Below are positions 22,179 through 33,822 of a stretch of DNA of 64,000 nt, piece after piece (positions within the stretch are counted from its first letter, which is position 1; each line of letters begins with the position of its first letter). The notes beneath the pieces were generated by a model, which worked only from the letters and a program-made list of their open reading frames with translations, did not search any database and was not told the origin of the DNA. The position numbers were made by a program, and so were the translations under genes. This DNA is from an uncultured Chloroflexia bacterium (GTDB lineage: Bacteria; Chloroflexota; Dehalococcoidia; UBA2979): the NCBI GenBank assembly GCA_963728205.1, contig CAVSIV010000001.1:992001-1056000 (forward strand), in the 5' to 3' direction.

Positions 22179-23549
22179 TCAGCGACCGACCGGCGTCGCG
22201 GTGGCGGTCGCGGAGGCCGCGGCAGTCCCGGTCGGCGTCGGCGTGCTCGTCGGGGGTGCCGGGACGACGCCGGGCTGCAGGACATCGAGGGCCGCCCGCA
22301 GCTGGGCGTCGGTCGACGCGGCGATGGCGTCCGCCGACATGTCGTGCTCCTCGAGCGGCGTGAGCGGGCGGCCGTTTGCGGGCAGGTCCACGATCACATC
22401 GGGCTCGATGCCGACCTTCCAGAACGTGTTTCCATTCGGCGTGAGCCATTCCTCGGTCCCGAGCAGGACCTCGGAGCCGTCGCTCAGCGTGTAACTCGAG
22501 AGCACCGTGCCGGTCCCGAACGTCTTCGTCCCTACGATCTGCGCACGGTCGTGATCGCGCAGCGCGCCCGCCGTGACCTCGGATGCGCTGGCGGTGCCCT
22601 CGTTGACGAGCACCACGACCGGGATCTGCAGCGCGACGCCGCCCTTCTTCAGCGCGACCGGCTTGCGCTTGCCGCTGGCATCCTGCTCGAGCAGGGCGTT
22701 TCCCTCGGAGACGAACTGGCTGGCCACGCCGACCGCCTCGCTGAGCAGGCCGCCCGGATCGTTGCGCAGGTCGAGCACCACGCCGGTCGCTCCCTGCCCC
22801 TCGGCGGCGCGGAGCGCGGTCACGAGCTGGTCGGTCGCGTGATCGCCGAACGAGCTGATGAGCACGTGCGCGATCGTCGTCCCCGGCACCAGCGTCCAGG
22901 TCACGAGCGGGAACGACACCTCCTCCCGCACAATCGTCACCGGCCTCAGGCTCGAGTCGCCCGGGTGCACGACCGTGAGCGTGACGCTCGTGCCCGGCGT
23001 GCCGCGCACGAGGTTCACCACCTGGTCGATCGTGAGGCCCGCCGTCAGCTGCCCGTCGACCGCGTGGATGACGTCGCCGGGGCGGATGCCGGCGCGCTCG
23101 GCCGGCGAGTCGGGGAGCGGCGCCACGATCACCGGCACGCCGCCGCGCATCTGCACTTCCGCGCCGATCCCCTGGATGCTGCCGGAGAGCGCCTGCTGCT
23201 CGGCGCGGGCCTCGTCGGGTGTGAGGAAGCGCGTGTGACCGACGTCGCCGAGCGACTGCAGCATGCCGCCGATCGCACCGTAGGTGAGGGACTGCGGGTC
23301 AATCGCGAACTGGTCGACGTAATGCTCCTGGACCAGCCTCCACGCCTCCCAGAACGGGGAGAAGGTCGCCGAGATGCTGGCGGGTTCGGAGGCGGTCTGA
23401 TGACCGGGGATAAGGCCGGCGCGGTCGGCGAGCGCGCCCGAGGCGAAGCTGCCGCCGACGAGCACGAGCAGCACCACGGCGAGGATCAGCGTGGTCAGCC
23501 AGGGACGCACGCGCCCGGGCGTGCGCGGCGGCGCGGGGGATTCGCTCAC
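22179..23549 (-). CDS. ctpA: S41 C-terminal processing peptidase (PDZ)
   Basis: GIGA (PDZ), DLRNDPGG, TASASE, KTFGTG. Confidence 0.93.
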   Translation of the reverse strand: MSESPAPPRTPGRVRPWLTTLILAVVLLVLVGGSFASGALADRAGLIPGHQTASEPASISATFSPFWEAWRLVQEHYVDQFAIDPQSLTYGAIGGMLQSLGDVGHTRFLTPDEARAEQQALSGSIQGIGAEVQMRGGVPVIVAPLPDSPAERAGIRPGDVIHAVDGQLTAGLTIDQVVNLVRGTPGTSVTLTVVHPGDSSLRPVTIVREEVSFPLVTWTLVPGTTIAHVLISSFGDHATDQLVTALRAAEGQGATGVVLDLRNDPGGLLSEAVGVASQFVSEGNALLEQDASGKRKPVALKKGGVALQIPVVVLVNEGTASASEVTAGALRDHDRAQIVGTKTFGTGTVLSSYTLSDGSEVLLGTEEWLTPNGNTFWKVGIEPDVIVDLPANGRPLTPLEEHDMSADAIAASTDAQLRAALDVLQPGVVPAPPTSTPTPTGTAAASATATATPVGR

Positions 23550-23634
23550 GGGACATCTCTTCCCAGCTGCGTCTGCGACATCGGGTGGGAGCGGGTGAGC
23601 GGAGGTGCGGTCCGGGACGTCGCCGTGCGAGCGG

Positions 23635-24873
23635 TCACGCGGTCGCCACGTTGGGGCCGCCGTCGTGGGCCGCCTCGGCGGGGTGCGTGAGCGCGGTCGC
23701 GTCGCCGGCGTCGGGCGTCTCGAGGGCGACCGAGGCGGCGGCCGCGGCGCGAATGGTCCGCGCGGCGAGCTGCTGTTGGCGCAGGTAGTCGATGATCGTT
23801 GCCGCGACGGCGGTGACCGGAACGGCGAGCGCCGCGCCGACGACGCCGGCGATGGCGCCGCCGGTCGCGAGCGCGATCAGCACGCCGGCGGGCTCGAGCC
23901 GCACGGCGCGCGCCAGCACGAGCGGGCCGACCAGGTACGCTTCGAGGTTATGCACGAGGATTGTCAGCAGCACCACGAGCAGCGCCGTGATCGGCCCGTC
24001 GGCGGCGAGCGCCACCATCGCCGCCATCGCGCCGGCGACGAACGCGCCCACGATCGGGAAGAACCCGCCGATCGCGGTGACCATCGCGATCGGCAGCACG
24101 GCCGGCACGCCGAGCAGGAGCAGCCCGACGCCCATCACCACGGCGTTGACGCCGCCGTTGATCGCCGTCCCCCGCACATAGCCGCTCAGCGTTGCCCAGA
24201 TGCGGTGCCGCAGCGCCCGGGCGTGCGGCCGCGACGACTCGTCGAGCAGCCCGATCGCGTCCTCGACCAGCTGCTCGCCGTCCTTCACGAAGAAGAACGC
24301 AAGCACGATGGTCAGCACCACCGAGATCGTGACCTCGATGGCGATCGTCGCGCTGTTCAGCGCTCCGTGGATGATGCCGCCGCTGTTCGAGGTGAACTCC
24401 GAGCGCAGCGTCGTCACGTACTGGTCGACGTCCGACGGCGACAGGTGCAGCGGCCCGTCGACGAGCCACTGCTGGATCTGGGTCACGCTGCTGTCCAGCG
24501 CGTGACCCAGCTGCGTGGCCTGGCTGGCGACCGCCGGCACGAGGTAGGCGATGGCGAGCGCGACGAGCCCGACGGCGACGACGAAGGTGAGGACCGTGGC
24601 GGGGAACGGACGCAGGCCGTGGCGGCCGAGCCACTGCTTCGGGGGCGCGAGGATCGCGGCGATCAGCAGCGCCGCCGCGATCGGGACGAGGACGACGCGC
24701 AGCCGCCCGAACACCACGAGCACGACGAACGTCGCGCCGGCGAGCATGAGGAAGCGCCACGCGAGCGCCGCCGCGAACGCGAGCCAGCCGGGGACGCCGG
24801 CGGGGCCGCGTTCGTCGACCGCCGCCGGACGCCTGGGGTCTCGGTCGGCGGAGGGGGCGTCGGAAGAGGTCAT
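23635..24873 (-). CDS. AI-2E family transporter
   Basis: FFFVKDG, GYVRG, FFPIVG, LEAYLVGP, ALAVP. Confidence 0.9.
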   Translation of the reverse strand: MTSSDAPSADRDPRRPAAVDERGPAGVPGWLAFAAALAWRFLMLAGATFVVLVVFGRLRVVLVPIAAALLIAAILAPPKQWLGRHGLRPFPATVLTFVVAVGLVALAIAYLVPAVASQATQLGHALDSSVTQIQQWLVDGPLHLSPSDVDQYVTTLRSEFTSNSGGIIHGALNSATIAIEVTISVVLTIVLAFFFVKDGEQLVEDAIGLLDESSRPHARALRHRIWATLSGYVRGTAINGGVNAVVMGVGLLLLGVPAVLPIAMVTAIGGFFPIVGAFVAGAMAAMVALAADGPITALLVVLLTILVHNLEAYLVGPLVLARAVRLEPAGVLIALATGGAIAGVVGAALAVPVTAVAATIIDYLRQQQLAARTIRAAAAASVALETPDAGDATALTHPAEAAHDGGPNVATA

Positions 24874-25060
24874 CGTTGTCACCCGCGACGAGCACCGCGC
24901 GCATCGTGGTGGACCCGGCGCGCCGACCGCATTCTCGAACACCACCATCGTACGTGCTGGCCACGATGGTCGAGACCCGCGCGCGGGTCACGTACGATCT
25001 CGGCCGCGGCGAGGTGCAGGACGCACCCCGGGGACACGAGCCGGCGAAGCGGGCCAGCGT

Positions 25061-25810
25061 ATGAGCTCAACGACACGCACCTACTTCACATCCGTCGACG
25101 GCGCGCGCGTGCCGGCGGTATCCGTCGCCGAGATGCGCGAGGTCGACCGCATCGCCATCGCGGAGACGGGGCCGAGCCTGCTGCAGATGCTCGAGCACGC
25201 GGGCATGGCGCTCGCGCTGAGCGCGATCGAGATGCTCGGCGCGAGCTGGCGCGAGCGGCGCGTGACCGTGCTCGTCGGGACCGGCGGCAACGGCGCGGGC
25301 GGCGTGTGCGCGGCGCGTCACCTCGCGAACCGCGGCGTGCAGGTGCTGGTCGTGACGGTGCGCCCGCCCGCCGAGGCCGACGGCGCGCTCGGCCAGCAGT
25401 TCCTCGCGCTGGGGGAGTCGCCCGCGCGCGTCATCCGCGCGTGGGAGGCGTTCGACGTCTCGCAGGCCGACCTCGTGATCGACGCGGTGCTCGGCTACGG
25501 CCTCGACGGCGCGCCGCGCATCGGCCAGATGGCGCTGATCCGCGCGGCCAACGCTTCGACCGTCCCGGTGCTCTCGCTCGACGTGCCGTCGGGCATCGAC
25601 GGCGACGCCGGCGACGCGCCCGGCGTCGCGGTGCGCGCGGCGCGCACGCTCACGCTTGGCCTGCCGAAGCGCGGCCTGAACGAGACGAGCGCCGGCGAGC
25701 TGTGGCTCGCGGACCTGGGCATCCCCCCGGGCGTCTTCGCGCGCGCCGGGATCGCGTTCGCGCCGGTGTTCGGCGACTCGGACCGCGTGCGGTTGCGGTA
25801 CCCGCGGTAG
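25061..25810 (+). CDS. nnrE: Stand-alone NAD(P)H-hydrate epimerase (YjeF_N)
   Basis: MREVDR, LEHAG, GTGGNG, DAVLGYG, SLDVPSG, ADLGIP. Confidence 0.85.
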   Translation: MSSTTRTYFTSVDGARVPAVSVAEMREVDRIAIAETGPSLLQMLEHAGMALALSAIEMLGASWRERRVTVLVGTGGNGAGGVCAARHLANRGVQVLVVTVRPPAEADGALGQQFLALGESPARVIRAWEAFDVSQADLVIDAVLGYGLDGAPRIGQMALIRAANASTVPVLSLDVPSGIDGDAGDAPGVAVRAARTLTLGLPKRGLNETSAGELWLADLGIPPGVFARAGIAFAPVFGDSDRVRLRYPR

Positions 25811-25901
25811 GGGCGAGGGGAAACCTCGGCGGCGGTGCGCCCGCCGTCCGCATCGGCGGCGTGTCTGCCGCCGCTTGCGACGAACTGCCGGGCCGGTCGG
25901 G

Positions 25902-26861
25902 CTACCGCTGCACCTGGGGCAGCACCTCGGCCGCGATCAGCTCGAGCGTCGCGAAGTCGTCGTTCGCGTGGTGCTGCAGCATGATGCGCGACAGCCCCGC
26001 CTCCTCGCGCCGCCCGATCTCCTCGACGATCTCCGCCGGCGTCCCCACGAGCCAGCCGCGCTCGCGCATGCCGGCCAGGGCGGCGTCCGGCTCCTGCCGC
26101 TGCAGCATCGGGATCTTCTCGGCGATGCGGGCCAGGTGCGCGCGCTGCTCGGCCGCGTCGCGTCCGATCACGAACGCCGCCATCTGCGAGTGTCGGATCG
26201 TCGCGGGGTCACGGCCCACCTCCGCACAGTGCTGCTCGAGCACCGCGCGCTTGCGACGGTACGCGTCGACGTCGAGCCCGACGCCGTTCCACTCGTCGGC
26301 GTACCGCGCGACAATCCGCAGCGTGCGTCGCTCCCCGCTCCCGCCGACCAGCACGGGCAGCGGCCGCTGCGCCGGCTTTGGGAAGCACGTCGCGTCCTGG
26401 AGCTGGTAATAGCGCCCGTCGAAGTTCGCCGGCCCGTCCGACCACAGTGCCTTCACGACCTGGATCGACTCCTCGAGCCGGTCCATCCGCTCGCGGATCG
26501 GCGGGAAGGGCAGCCCGAACGCCTCGTGTTCCGGCACGTTCCAGCCCGCGCCCATCCCGAGGACGAACCGCCCACCGGAGAGCAGGTCGATCTGCGCGGC
26601 CATGCGCGCGAGCAGCGACGGGTGCCGGAACGTCATCGACGACACGAGCGGGCCGAAGCGGATGCGGCTGCTCTGCTCGGCGACGAGGACGAACGAGATG
26701 AACGTCTCGAGGGCGTCGCGCGTGCGCGGCCCGGAGAGCGAGAAGAAGTGGTCCGAGCGCCAGAGCGACTCGAAGCCCAGGTCCTCGGCGGCGCGGATGA
26801 TGCGGCGCCACAGGTCCCAGTTGAGGTCTTCCTGTCCCTCGATCATCACGCCGAGCTGCAT
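25902..26861 (-). CDS. LLM-class, probably F420-dependent, oxidoreductase
   Basis: IEGQE, WRSDHF, LSGGRFVLGMGAGW, GGSGERRTL, ADEWN. Confidence 0.9.
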   Translation of the reverse strand: MQLGVMIEGQEDLNWDLWRRIIRAAEDLGFESLWRSDHFFSLSGPRTRDALETFISFVLVAEQSSRIRFGPLVSSMTFRHPSLLARMAAQIDLLSGGRFVLGMGAGWNVPEHEAFGLPFPPIRERMDRLEESIQVVKALWSDGPANFDGRYYQLQDATCFPKPAQRPLPVLVGGSGERRTLRIVARYADEWNGVGLDVDAYRRKRAVLEQHCAEVGRDPATIRHSQMAAFVIGRDAAEQRAHLARIAEKIPMLQRQEPDAALAGMRERGWLVGTPAEIVEEIGRREEAGLSRIMLQHHANDDFATLELIAAEVLPQVQR

Positions 26862-26980
26862 CCGTGCCTCCTCCGTGCCGCGTGCGCGCGGCATGCTACC
26901 GCATTGCCCACCGTGGCCCCCCCGGGCGGCGTCCGCTTGAGCGCGACCGCCGCCCGCCGATACCATGGATGGCCTCCGGT

Positions 26981-27057
26981 GGCGCATTCGTCTAGTGGCC
27001 CAGGACATCGCCCTCTCAAGGCGGAGATCGCGGGTTCGAATCCCGCATGCGCCACCA
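26981..27057 (+). tRNA. tRNA-Glu(CTC)
   Basis: ggcgcat...atgcgcc-acca, anticodon loop ctCTCaa. Confidence 0.96.
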
Positions 27058-27071
27058 CCCGAGCGATCGAC

Positions 27072-27100
27072 AACGGCCCCCGCGACGGCGGGGGCCGTTT
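27072..27100 (+). terminator. Intrinsic terminator after the tRNA
   Basis: aacggcccccgc-gacg-gcgggggccgtt followed by t. Confidence 0.8.
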
Positions 27101-27158
27101 CGTGCCTCCCGCGCCGCGGGCGCCCGCCGCCCGCGCGCGAATTCGCCATCCCCGGCGC

Positions 27159-27173
27159 GGGTCCTTCGGCCCT
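27159..27173. promoter_or_regulatory. DosR/OsdR-like box upstream of the usp-groEL operon
   Basis: gggtc-cttc-ggccct; related sites at 33230, 33344, 41380, 41403, 41800, 41823. Confidence 0.55.
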
Positions 27174-27247
27174 GTGCGTGCACCCGGCGCGGCGTGATCG
27201 TGATGTCACGACCCGCCGTGGCCGTCGCGCTGGGGAAGGGGAGACCG

Positions 27248-27688
27248 ATGTTCAGCCACATCGTCGTTCCGCTCGACGAGTCGGAGTACTCCGAGCGCGC
27301 GCTCACGTATGCCGAGCAGCTCGCCGCGCTCACCGACGCCGACATCAGCATCGTCACCGCGCTCACGCACCTCGGCACCGTCGAGGCGCCCGGGCTCGAG
27401 CGGCTCGACGCCATCGCTCGCGAGCGCGCCGAGCTGTACCTGCACAGGCGCGGCGACCGCGTCCGCGAGGCCGGCAGCAGGGTCGCCCGCGCCGAGGCGC
27501 GGTTCGGCGAGCCCGCGACCGTGATCACCGCCTTCGCCCGCGAGGTCGGCGCGGACCTCGTCGTGATGAGCACGCACGGCCTCGGTGCCGCGCGCCGCTA
27601 CGCCCTCGGCAGCGTCGCGATGAAGGTGCTCACCACGGCGCCGTGCCCGGTCTTGATGGTGCGGATCACCGAGCAGGGCTGCGCGTAG
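27248..27688 (+). CDS. Universal stress protein
   Basis: MFSHIVVPLDES, DLVVMSTHG, LGSVA, PCPVLMV. Confidence 0.93.
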   Translation: MFSHIVVPLDESEYSERALTYAEQLAALTDADISIVTALTHLGTVEAPGLERLDAIARERAELYLHRRGDRVREAGSRVARAEARFGEPATVITAFAREVGADLVVMSTHGLGAARRYALGSVAMKVLTTAPCPVLMVRITEQGCA

Positions 27689-27743
27689 CGCCACGGCCGC
27701 GGCGGCACGCTGAGGCGCGGGCGATGGCGATGGAGGAGACACC

Positions 27744-28268
27744 GTGTTTCGTTCAGCGCTCCTGACCGTGGACGGCTCGGAGGTCGCCGCGGCGGCCATC
27801 GGGCAGCTTGCCAACGTCCTGCCGGGCGACGGGACGGCAATCGTCGTCGAGGTCGTCGACAGCCCCGGGCACATCCTGGCGCAGACGTCCCCGGCCGGCT
27901 TCGAGTACGGCGCGGCCGGGCTCAACCAGTCGGCCATCGATGCGCTGATCCACGAGCAGCGTGCCCTGGCAGCCGAGCACGTGGAGGCGGCGCGCACCCA
28001 GCTGCGCCACGCCGGCATCCGCGAGGTACGCACGCTGATCGTGGAGGGCGTGCCCGGCCCGGCGATCGTCGAGATCGCCGAGCGCGAGGGCGTCGACGTC
28101 GTCGTGATGGCGACGCACGGCCGCTCGGGGCTGCGACGGACGATGCTCGGCTCGGTGGCGGACTACGTCGTGCGGCACCTGCGCGGGGTGCCGGTGCTGC
28201 TCGTGCACCCCGAGGTCGAGGCGCGGCGCACGGTCGTGGCGCAGCCGCCAATCGTGGCCGCGCACTAG
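27744..28268 (+). CDS. Universal stress protein
   Basis: VDGSE, VVMATHGRSG, LGSVADYVVR. Confidence 0.93.
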   Translation: MFRSALLTVDGSEVAAAAIGQLANVLPGDGTAIVVEVVDSPGHILAQTSPAGFEYGAAGLNQSAIDALIHEQRALAAEHVEAARTQLRHAGIREVRTLIVEGVPGPAIVEIAEREGVDVVVMATHGRSGLRRTMLGSVADYVVRHLRGVPVLLVHPEVEARRTVVAQPPIVAAH

Positions 28269-28304
28269 CCGCCGGGCTGCCCCCGGCGGCGATGGAGGCT
28301 CGCG

Positions 28305-29924
<1,620 letters not shown>

Positions 29925-29948
29925 GCACGCTGGTGGAGGAGGGTGCCG

Positions 29949-30467
29949 ATGTACCGCAAGGCCCTGGTTCCCACGGACGGATCGGAGCTGGCCGCCGCGG
30001 CGCTCTCCGAGGCGGCGCAGCTCGTCGGCCCCGGGGGCGAGGCGCTGGTGATCGAGGTCACCGACACGACCGACCACATCCTGGTGCAGACCACCCCGGC
30101 GGGATTCGACCTCGCGCCGGGCTACCTCAGCGTCGAGATTCTCGAGGACATCCTGCGCACGCAGCGCGAGGAGGCCGAGGAGCACGTGGCGGCTGCGCGG
30201 CGGACGCTCGAGGCGGCCGGCGTCGCGAAGGTGGAGACGCGCGTGATCCAGGGGCTGCCCGGCCCGCTGCTCGTCGACCTCGCGCGCAGCGAGGGCTGCG
30301 ACGTGGTCGTGATGGCGACGCACGGGCGGTCGGGGCTGCGCCGCGCGGTGCTGGGGTCCGTGGCCGATCACGTGATCCGCAATCTGCACGGCATCCCGGT
30401 CGTGCTCATCCACCCCGACGGCGAGGAGGCCGACGAGCCGGCGGCGGCGACGGCGGCCGCCCGGTAG
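29949..30467 (+). CDS. Universal stress protein (paralog of 27744)
   Basis: MYRKALVPTDGSE, MATHGRSG, LGSVADHV. Confidence 0.93.
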   Translation: MYRKALVPTDGSELAAAALSEAAQLVGPGGEALVIEVTDTTDHILVQTTPAGFDLAPGYLSVEILEDILRTQREEAEEHVAAARRTLEAAGVAKVETRVIQGLPGPLLVDLARSEGCDVVVMATHGRSGLRRAVLGSVADHVIRNLHGIPVVLIHPDGEEADEPAAATAAAR

Positions 30468-30591
30468 GGCGCGTCCGACGCAGGCGGCGGCATGCTGCCG
30501 CCGATGCCGCGGCGGGGTTGACGCCGCGGGGTATGGGCGGCATGTCTGCGACCGCTTGACGCACGCATCGCGGCGGCAGCGTGCGCTCCCG

Positions 30592-31992
30592 TCACGGCTC
30601 CGCTTCGTCGCGCCCGAGCGACCCCAGCAGCTCCAGCGCCAGCCCGCCCGACTCGAACACGGTCGTGCCCCACCGCAGCGCGTCGAGCAACGCGGAGACG
30701 CGACCCTCGCGGTCCGCGCCCGGCGGCGCGGTGTGCTCGATCACCCTCCGCGCGGCGTGGTGGAACGGAAGCGACGCCGGCCGCCCGATCAGCGCGTGCA
30801 GCACCGGCCGGAACGCCGCGTGGCCGGCGGCGATGAGGCCGTCGGCGGCGGTCCAGCGCACCGCGAAGTCGTCGTCCTCGAGGCGGCGTGCGAGCACCGG
30901 GATCGCCCGCGCGCCGTCGATGCGCCGGAGCGCCTCCACCGCGAACCAGCGCGTGTCGCGGTCCGCCGCGTCGGCGAGCGGCGTGAGCGCCGCGAGCGCC
31001 GTCGGGCCGAGCGCCACGGCGGCGTCGAGCGCCGCGTCGCGGCGGGCTGGGTCGTCCCGCGCGAGCAGGTCCGCGATCGCGCCCGGCGCCTCGACCGGGC
31101 CCAGCAGCGCGAGGTAGTCGCGCGTCAGGGCGCCGCGGCGCGCCGGGTCTGCCTCGGCGTCGACGGCCTCGCGCAAATGGTCGAGCGCGTCGAACGGCAG
31201 CGTGACGGCGGCGCGGGCGAGCACGTGCGCGGCGGCGGCGACCTCGCCGGTGGACCCGTGCCTGAGCTGCGCACGCAGCGCCGGGAGCATCGCCTCGCCC
31301 TCCGCGCGCGCGACTCGCGCCGGGGCCGGACGCGCGGGCGCCGCGATGAAGCCCTCGGGGCCGGCCAGCGGCACGAAGCGGCACGCCCCGAGCGACCGCT
31401 CCTCGGTGCCGAGTCGCGTGCGCGTGACGACGAGCAGCCGCTGCGCCCAGAGGCTTCCCACGGGCAGCACGAGCCGACCGCCGACCTTCAACTGCTCGAC
31501 GAGCGACGGCGGCACGCGCGGCGCCGCGGCCGTCACGACAATCGCGTCGTACGGCGCGCCGTCCGGCCACCCGGGCGTCCCGCCCGCGGCGACCACGTGC
31601 ACGTTGTCGGCGCCCAGCGCCCGCAGCCGTGACGCCGCCCGCTCGCGCAGCGTGTCGACGATCTCGACCGTCACCACGTCGTGCGCGAGCTCGGAGAGCA
31701 CGGCGGCCTGGTAACCCGAGCCGGTCCCGATCTCGAGCACGTGCTCGCGCCCGGTCGACAGCGCGAGCGCCTCGGTCATCAGCCCGACGACCGTCGGCTG
31801 CGAGATCGTCTGCCCCTCGCCGATCGGGAGCGCGACGTCGTCGTAGGCCTCGTGCTGCAGGTCCGCCGGGACGAAGCGGCGCCGCGGGACGCGGCCCATC
31901 GCGCGCAGCACGCGACGGTCGCGCACCGTCCATGCGACCGCCTCGACGAGCGCGTGGCGCTCGCGCTGCTCCCGGGCGATCGCGGCGTTCAC
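30592..31992 (-). CDS. pcm: Protein-L-isoaspartate O-methyltransferase fused to a HEAT-repeat domain
   Basis: GQTISQP, LEIGTGSGYQAA, APYDAIVVTAA, CRFVPL; then RWFAVEAL / VRWTAADGL repeats. Confidence 0.88.
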   Translation of the reverse strand: MNAAIAREQRERHALVEAVAWTVRDRRVLRAMGRVPRRRFVPADLQHEAYDDVALPIGEGQTISQPTVVGLMTEALALSTGREHVLEIGTGSGYQAAVLSELAHDVVTVEIVDTLRERAASRLRALGADNVHVVAAGGTPGWPDGAPYDAIVVTAAAPRVPPSLVEQLKVGGRLVLPVGSLWAQRLLVVTRTRLGTEERSLGACRFVPLAGPEGFIAAPARPAPARVARAEGEAMLPALRAQLRHGSTGEVAAAAHVLARAAVTLPFDALDHLREAVDAEADPARRGALTRDYLALLGPVEAPGAIADLLARDDPARRDAALDAAVALGPTALAALTPLADAADRDTRWFAVEALRRIDGARAIPVLARRLEDDDFAVRWTAADGLIAAGHAAFRPVLHALIGRPASLPFHHAARRVIEHTAPPGADREGRVSALLDALRWGTTVFESGGLALELLGSLGRDEAEP

Positions 31993-32014
31993 GCGACGGT
32001 CACCGGCACGCTCG

Positions 32015-32473
32015 TCAGCCGATCTGCTCGAGCATGCCGAGCCGCGACATGCCCTCCCACTCCTCGACGATGCGCCCGTTGCGCAGCCGGTACATCGCGA
32101 CGCCGGCCATGCGCACGCGGCGCCCGCTGGGCGCGACGCCGCGCACCTCGCCGGCGTGGGTGCCCTCGGCGGTGAAGCGCGCGGCGACGAGGTCGCCCTC
32201 CGCGATCAGCTCGTGCACGGTCGCGGTGATGTCGGGAAAGGCCTGCCGATAGCGGGCGACGAGCTCGCGGATCGTCGCCCAGCCGTACAGCTCCTCGCCG
32301 TCGGAGGCGTGAAACACCACGTCCGGCGCGTAGAGCTGCGCCGCGAGGTCCAACTCGCCGCCGTTCAGCAGGCGGGCGAAGGTGCGCCGCACCACCAGGC
32401 GGTTGCTCTCGACGCTGCTGGGGGCGGGAAGCGCGGCCCGCGTGGCCGCGCCGGTCAACAGGGTCCGGGTCAT
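32015..32473 (-). CDS. SnoaL-like ester cyclase
   Basis: AFPD, IAEGDLVAARF, GTH, GRIVEEW. Confidence 0.88.
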   Translation of the reverse strand: MTRTLLTGAATRAALPAPSSVESNRLVVRRTFARLLNGGELDLAAQLYAPDVVFHASDGEELYGWATIRELVARYRQAFPDITATVHELIAEGDLVAARFTAEGTHAGEVRGVAPSGRRVRMAGVAMYRLRNGRIVEEWEGMSRLGMLEQIG

Positions 32474-33156
32474 CGTTCGCCCCCTTCGCGCCTGGCCGGG
32501 GCCGCGGCCGGCGCCGCCGGGCGCGGCGCGGCCAGGATGTCGCTCACCTCGTCGTCCGAGGTGGCCTCGAATTGCTCGTAGTGGGAGCCGACGGCGAGGA
32601 ACGGCTCCGGCCGCTGCAGGCAGACGACGACGTCGGCCTCCGTCGCCAGGTCGTCGCACGACTCGGGCGCGCCGACGGGCACCGCGGCGACCAGGGTCGC
32701 CGGTCCGGCCGCGCGCACGGAGCGCAGCGCGGCGCGCATCGTCGCGCCGGTCGCGAGGCCGTCGTCGACGACGATCACCACGCGGCCGGCAATCACGGGC
32801 GGGGGGCGCCCGTCGCGGAAGAGCGCCTCCCGCCGCCGGGCCTCCTCGCGCTGGCGCGCGGTCACCGCCTCAATCGCCGCCTCGCTGACCCCGAGCTCCG
32901 CGATCAGCTCCGCGTTCAGGTAGCGCCCGCCGTTCGCCGTCACCGCGCCAATCGCGAGCTCCTCGTGGCCGGGCGCGCCGAGCTTGCGCGCGACGACGAC
33001 GTCGAGCTCCGCGCCGAGGCGGCGCGCCACCTCGGCGGCGGTCACGACGCCGCCGCGCGGGATGCCGAGGACGAGCGAGTTTCGGTCGCGATAAGGCTCG
33101 AGGGCATCGGCGAGTCGTGCGCCGCCCTCGGCGCGGTCGAGCAAGCGGGTACGCAT
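32470..33156 (-). CDS. Type I phosphoribosyltransferase
   Basis: GIPRGGV, RKLGAPGHEELAIGA, VVDDGLATGAT. Confidence 0.92.
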   Translation of the reverse strand: MRTRLLDRAEGGARLADALEPYRDRNSLVLGIPRGGVVTAAEVARRLGAELDVVVARKLGAPGHEELAIGAVTANGGRYLNAELIAELGVSEAAIEAVTARQREEARRREALFRDGRPPPVIAGRVVIVVDDGLATGATMRAALRSVRAAGPATLVAAVPVGAPESCDDLATEADVVVCLQRPEPFLAVGSHYEQFEATSDDEVSDILAAPRPAAPAAAPARREGGER

Positions 33157-33440
33157 CGCGCACCTCCTCGCCGGGCGTGCATCGCCCGCGATCAATCACA
33201 CCATCAGCCGCCACCGGCACGCACGGGGAGAGGCGATCGTCCCGCGCCGTCGGTGACGCGAGGGGGCGCCGGTTGGGCGCGCGGCAGGCGTGAGGCCTGC
33301 CGTGTGGCGCGACGAGGCCGCCGTCCGGCCCCCGCCCGGCGGGGCGACGAACGTCACCGCCGCGGCAGGACGACACGCCGTTCCCGCGCGCCGCGGCCCG
33401 GCGCACGCTGCGTCTGCACCCCGCGCAGGGAGGCCCCGCC

Positions 33441-33797
33441 ATGACCACCGCCACGCCGCCCCGGCCCGCTCACATCGAACTCCCGGACCGCCGCGGCCAC
33501 CGGCTGCACTGCCCGCGCTGCGAGGCGCGCCTGCTGTTCGACGGAGACGAGTACCTCTGCGTCGCCTGCGGTTACGAACTCCCCGCCGACCAGCTCCCGC
33601 GCGACGTGCGTCGCGAATTGGACCGAGCCGGCCACTCCCGGCACGTGATGATGGGTCTCGGCGCGGGCATGCTCGCCGCGGGCGCGATCGCGCGCGGGCT
33701 GGGCGCGCTCGCGTGGATCGCGCTCGTAGCCGGGTCGGGCGTGGCCGGAGCGGTGCTGGCCGCGATCCTCTCGGTGCGTCGCACGCGGACGCCGTGA
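33441..33797 (+). CDS. Small Zn-ribbon plus 2-TM hypothetical protein
   Basis: CPRC...CVACG, hydrophobic C-terminus; SD ggagg. Confidence 0.7.
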   Translation: MTTATPPRPAHIELPDRRGHRLHCPRCEARLLFDGDEYLCVACGYELPADQLPRDVRRELDRAGHSRHVMMGLGAGMLAAGAIARGLGALAWIALVAGSGVAGAVLAAILSVRRTRTP

Positions 33798-33822
33798 CGC
33801 GGCCGTGTTGCGGGGGAACGCC

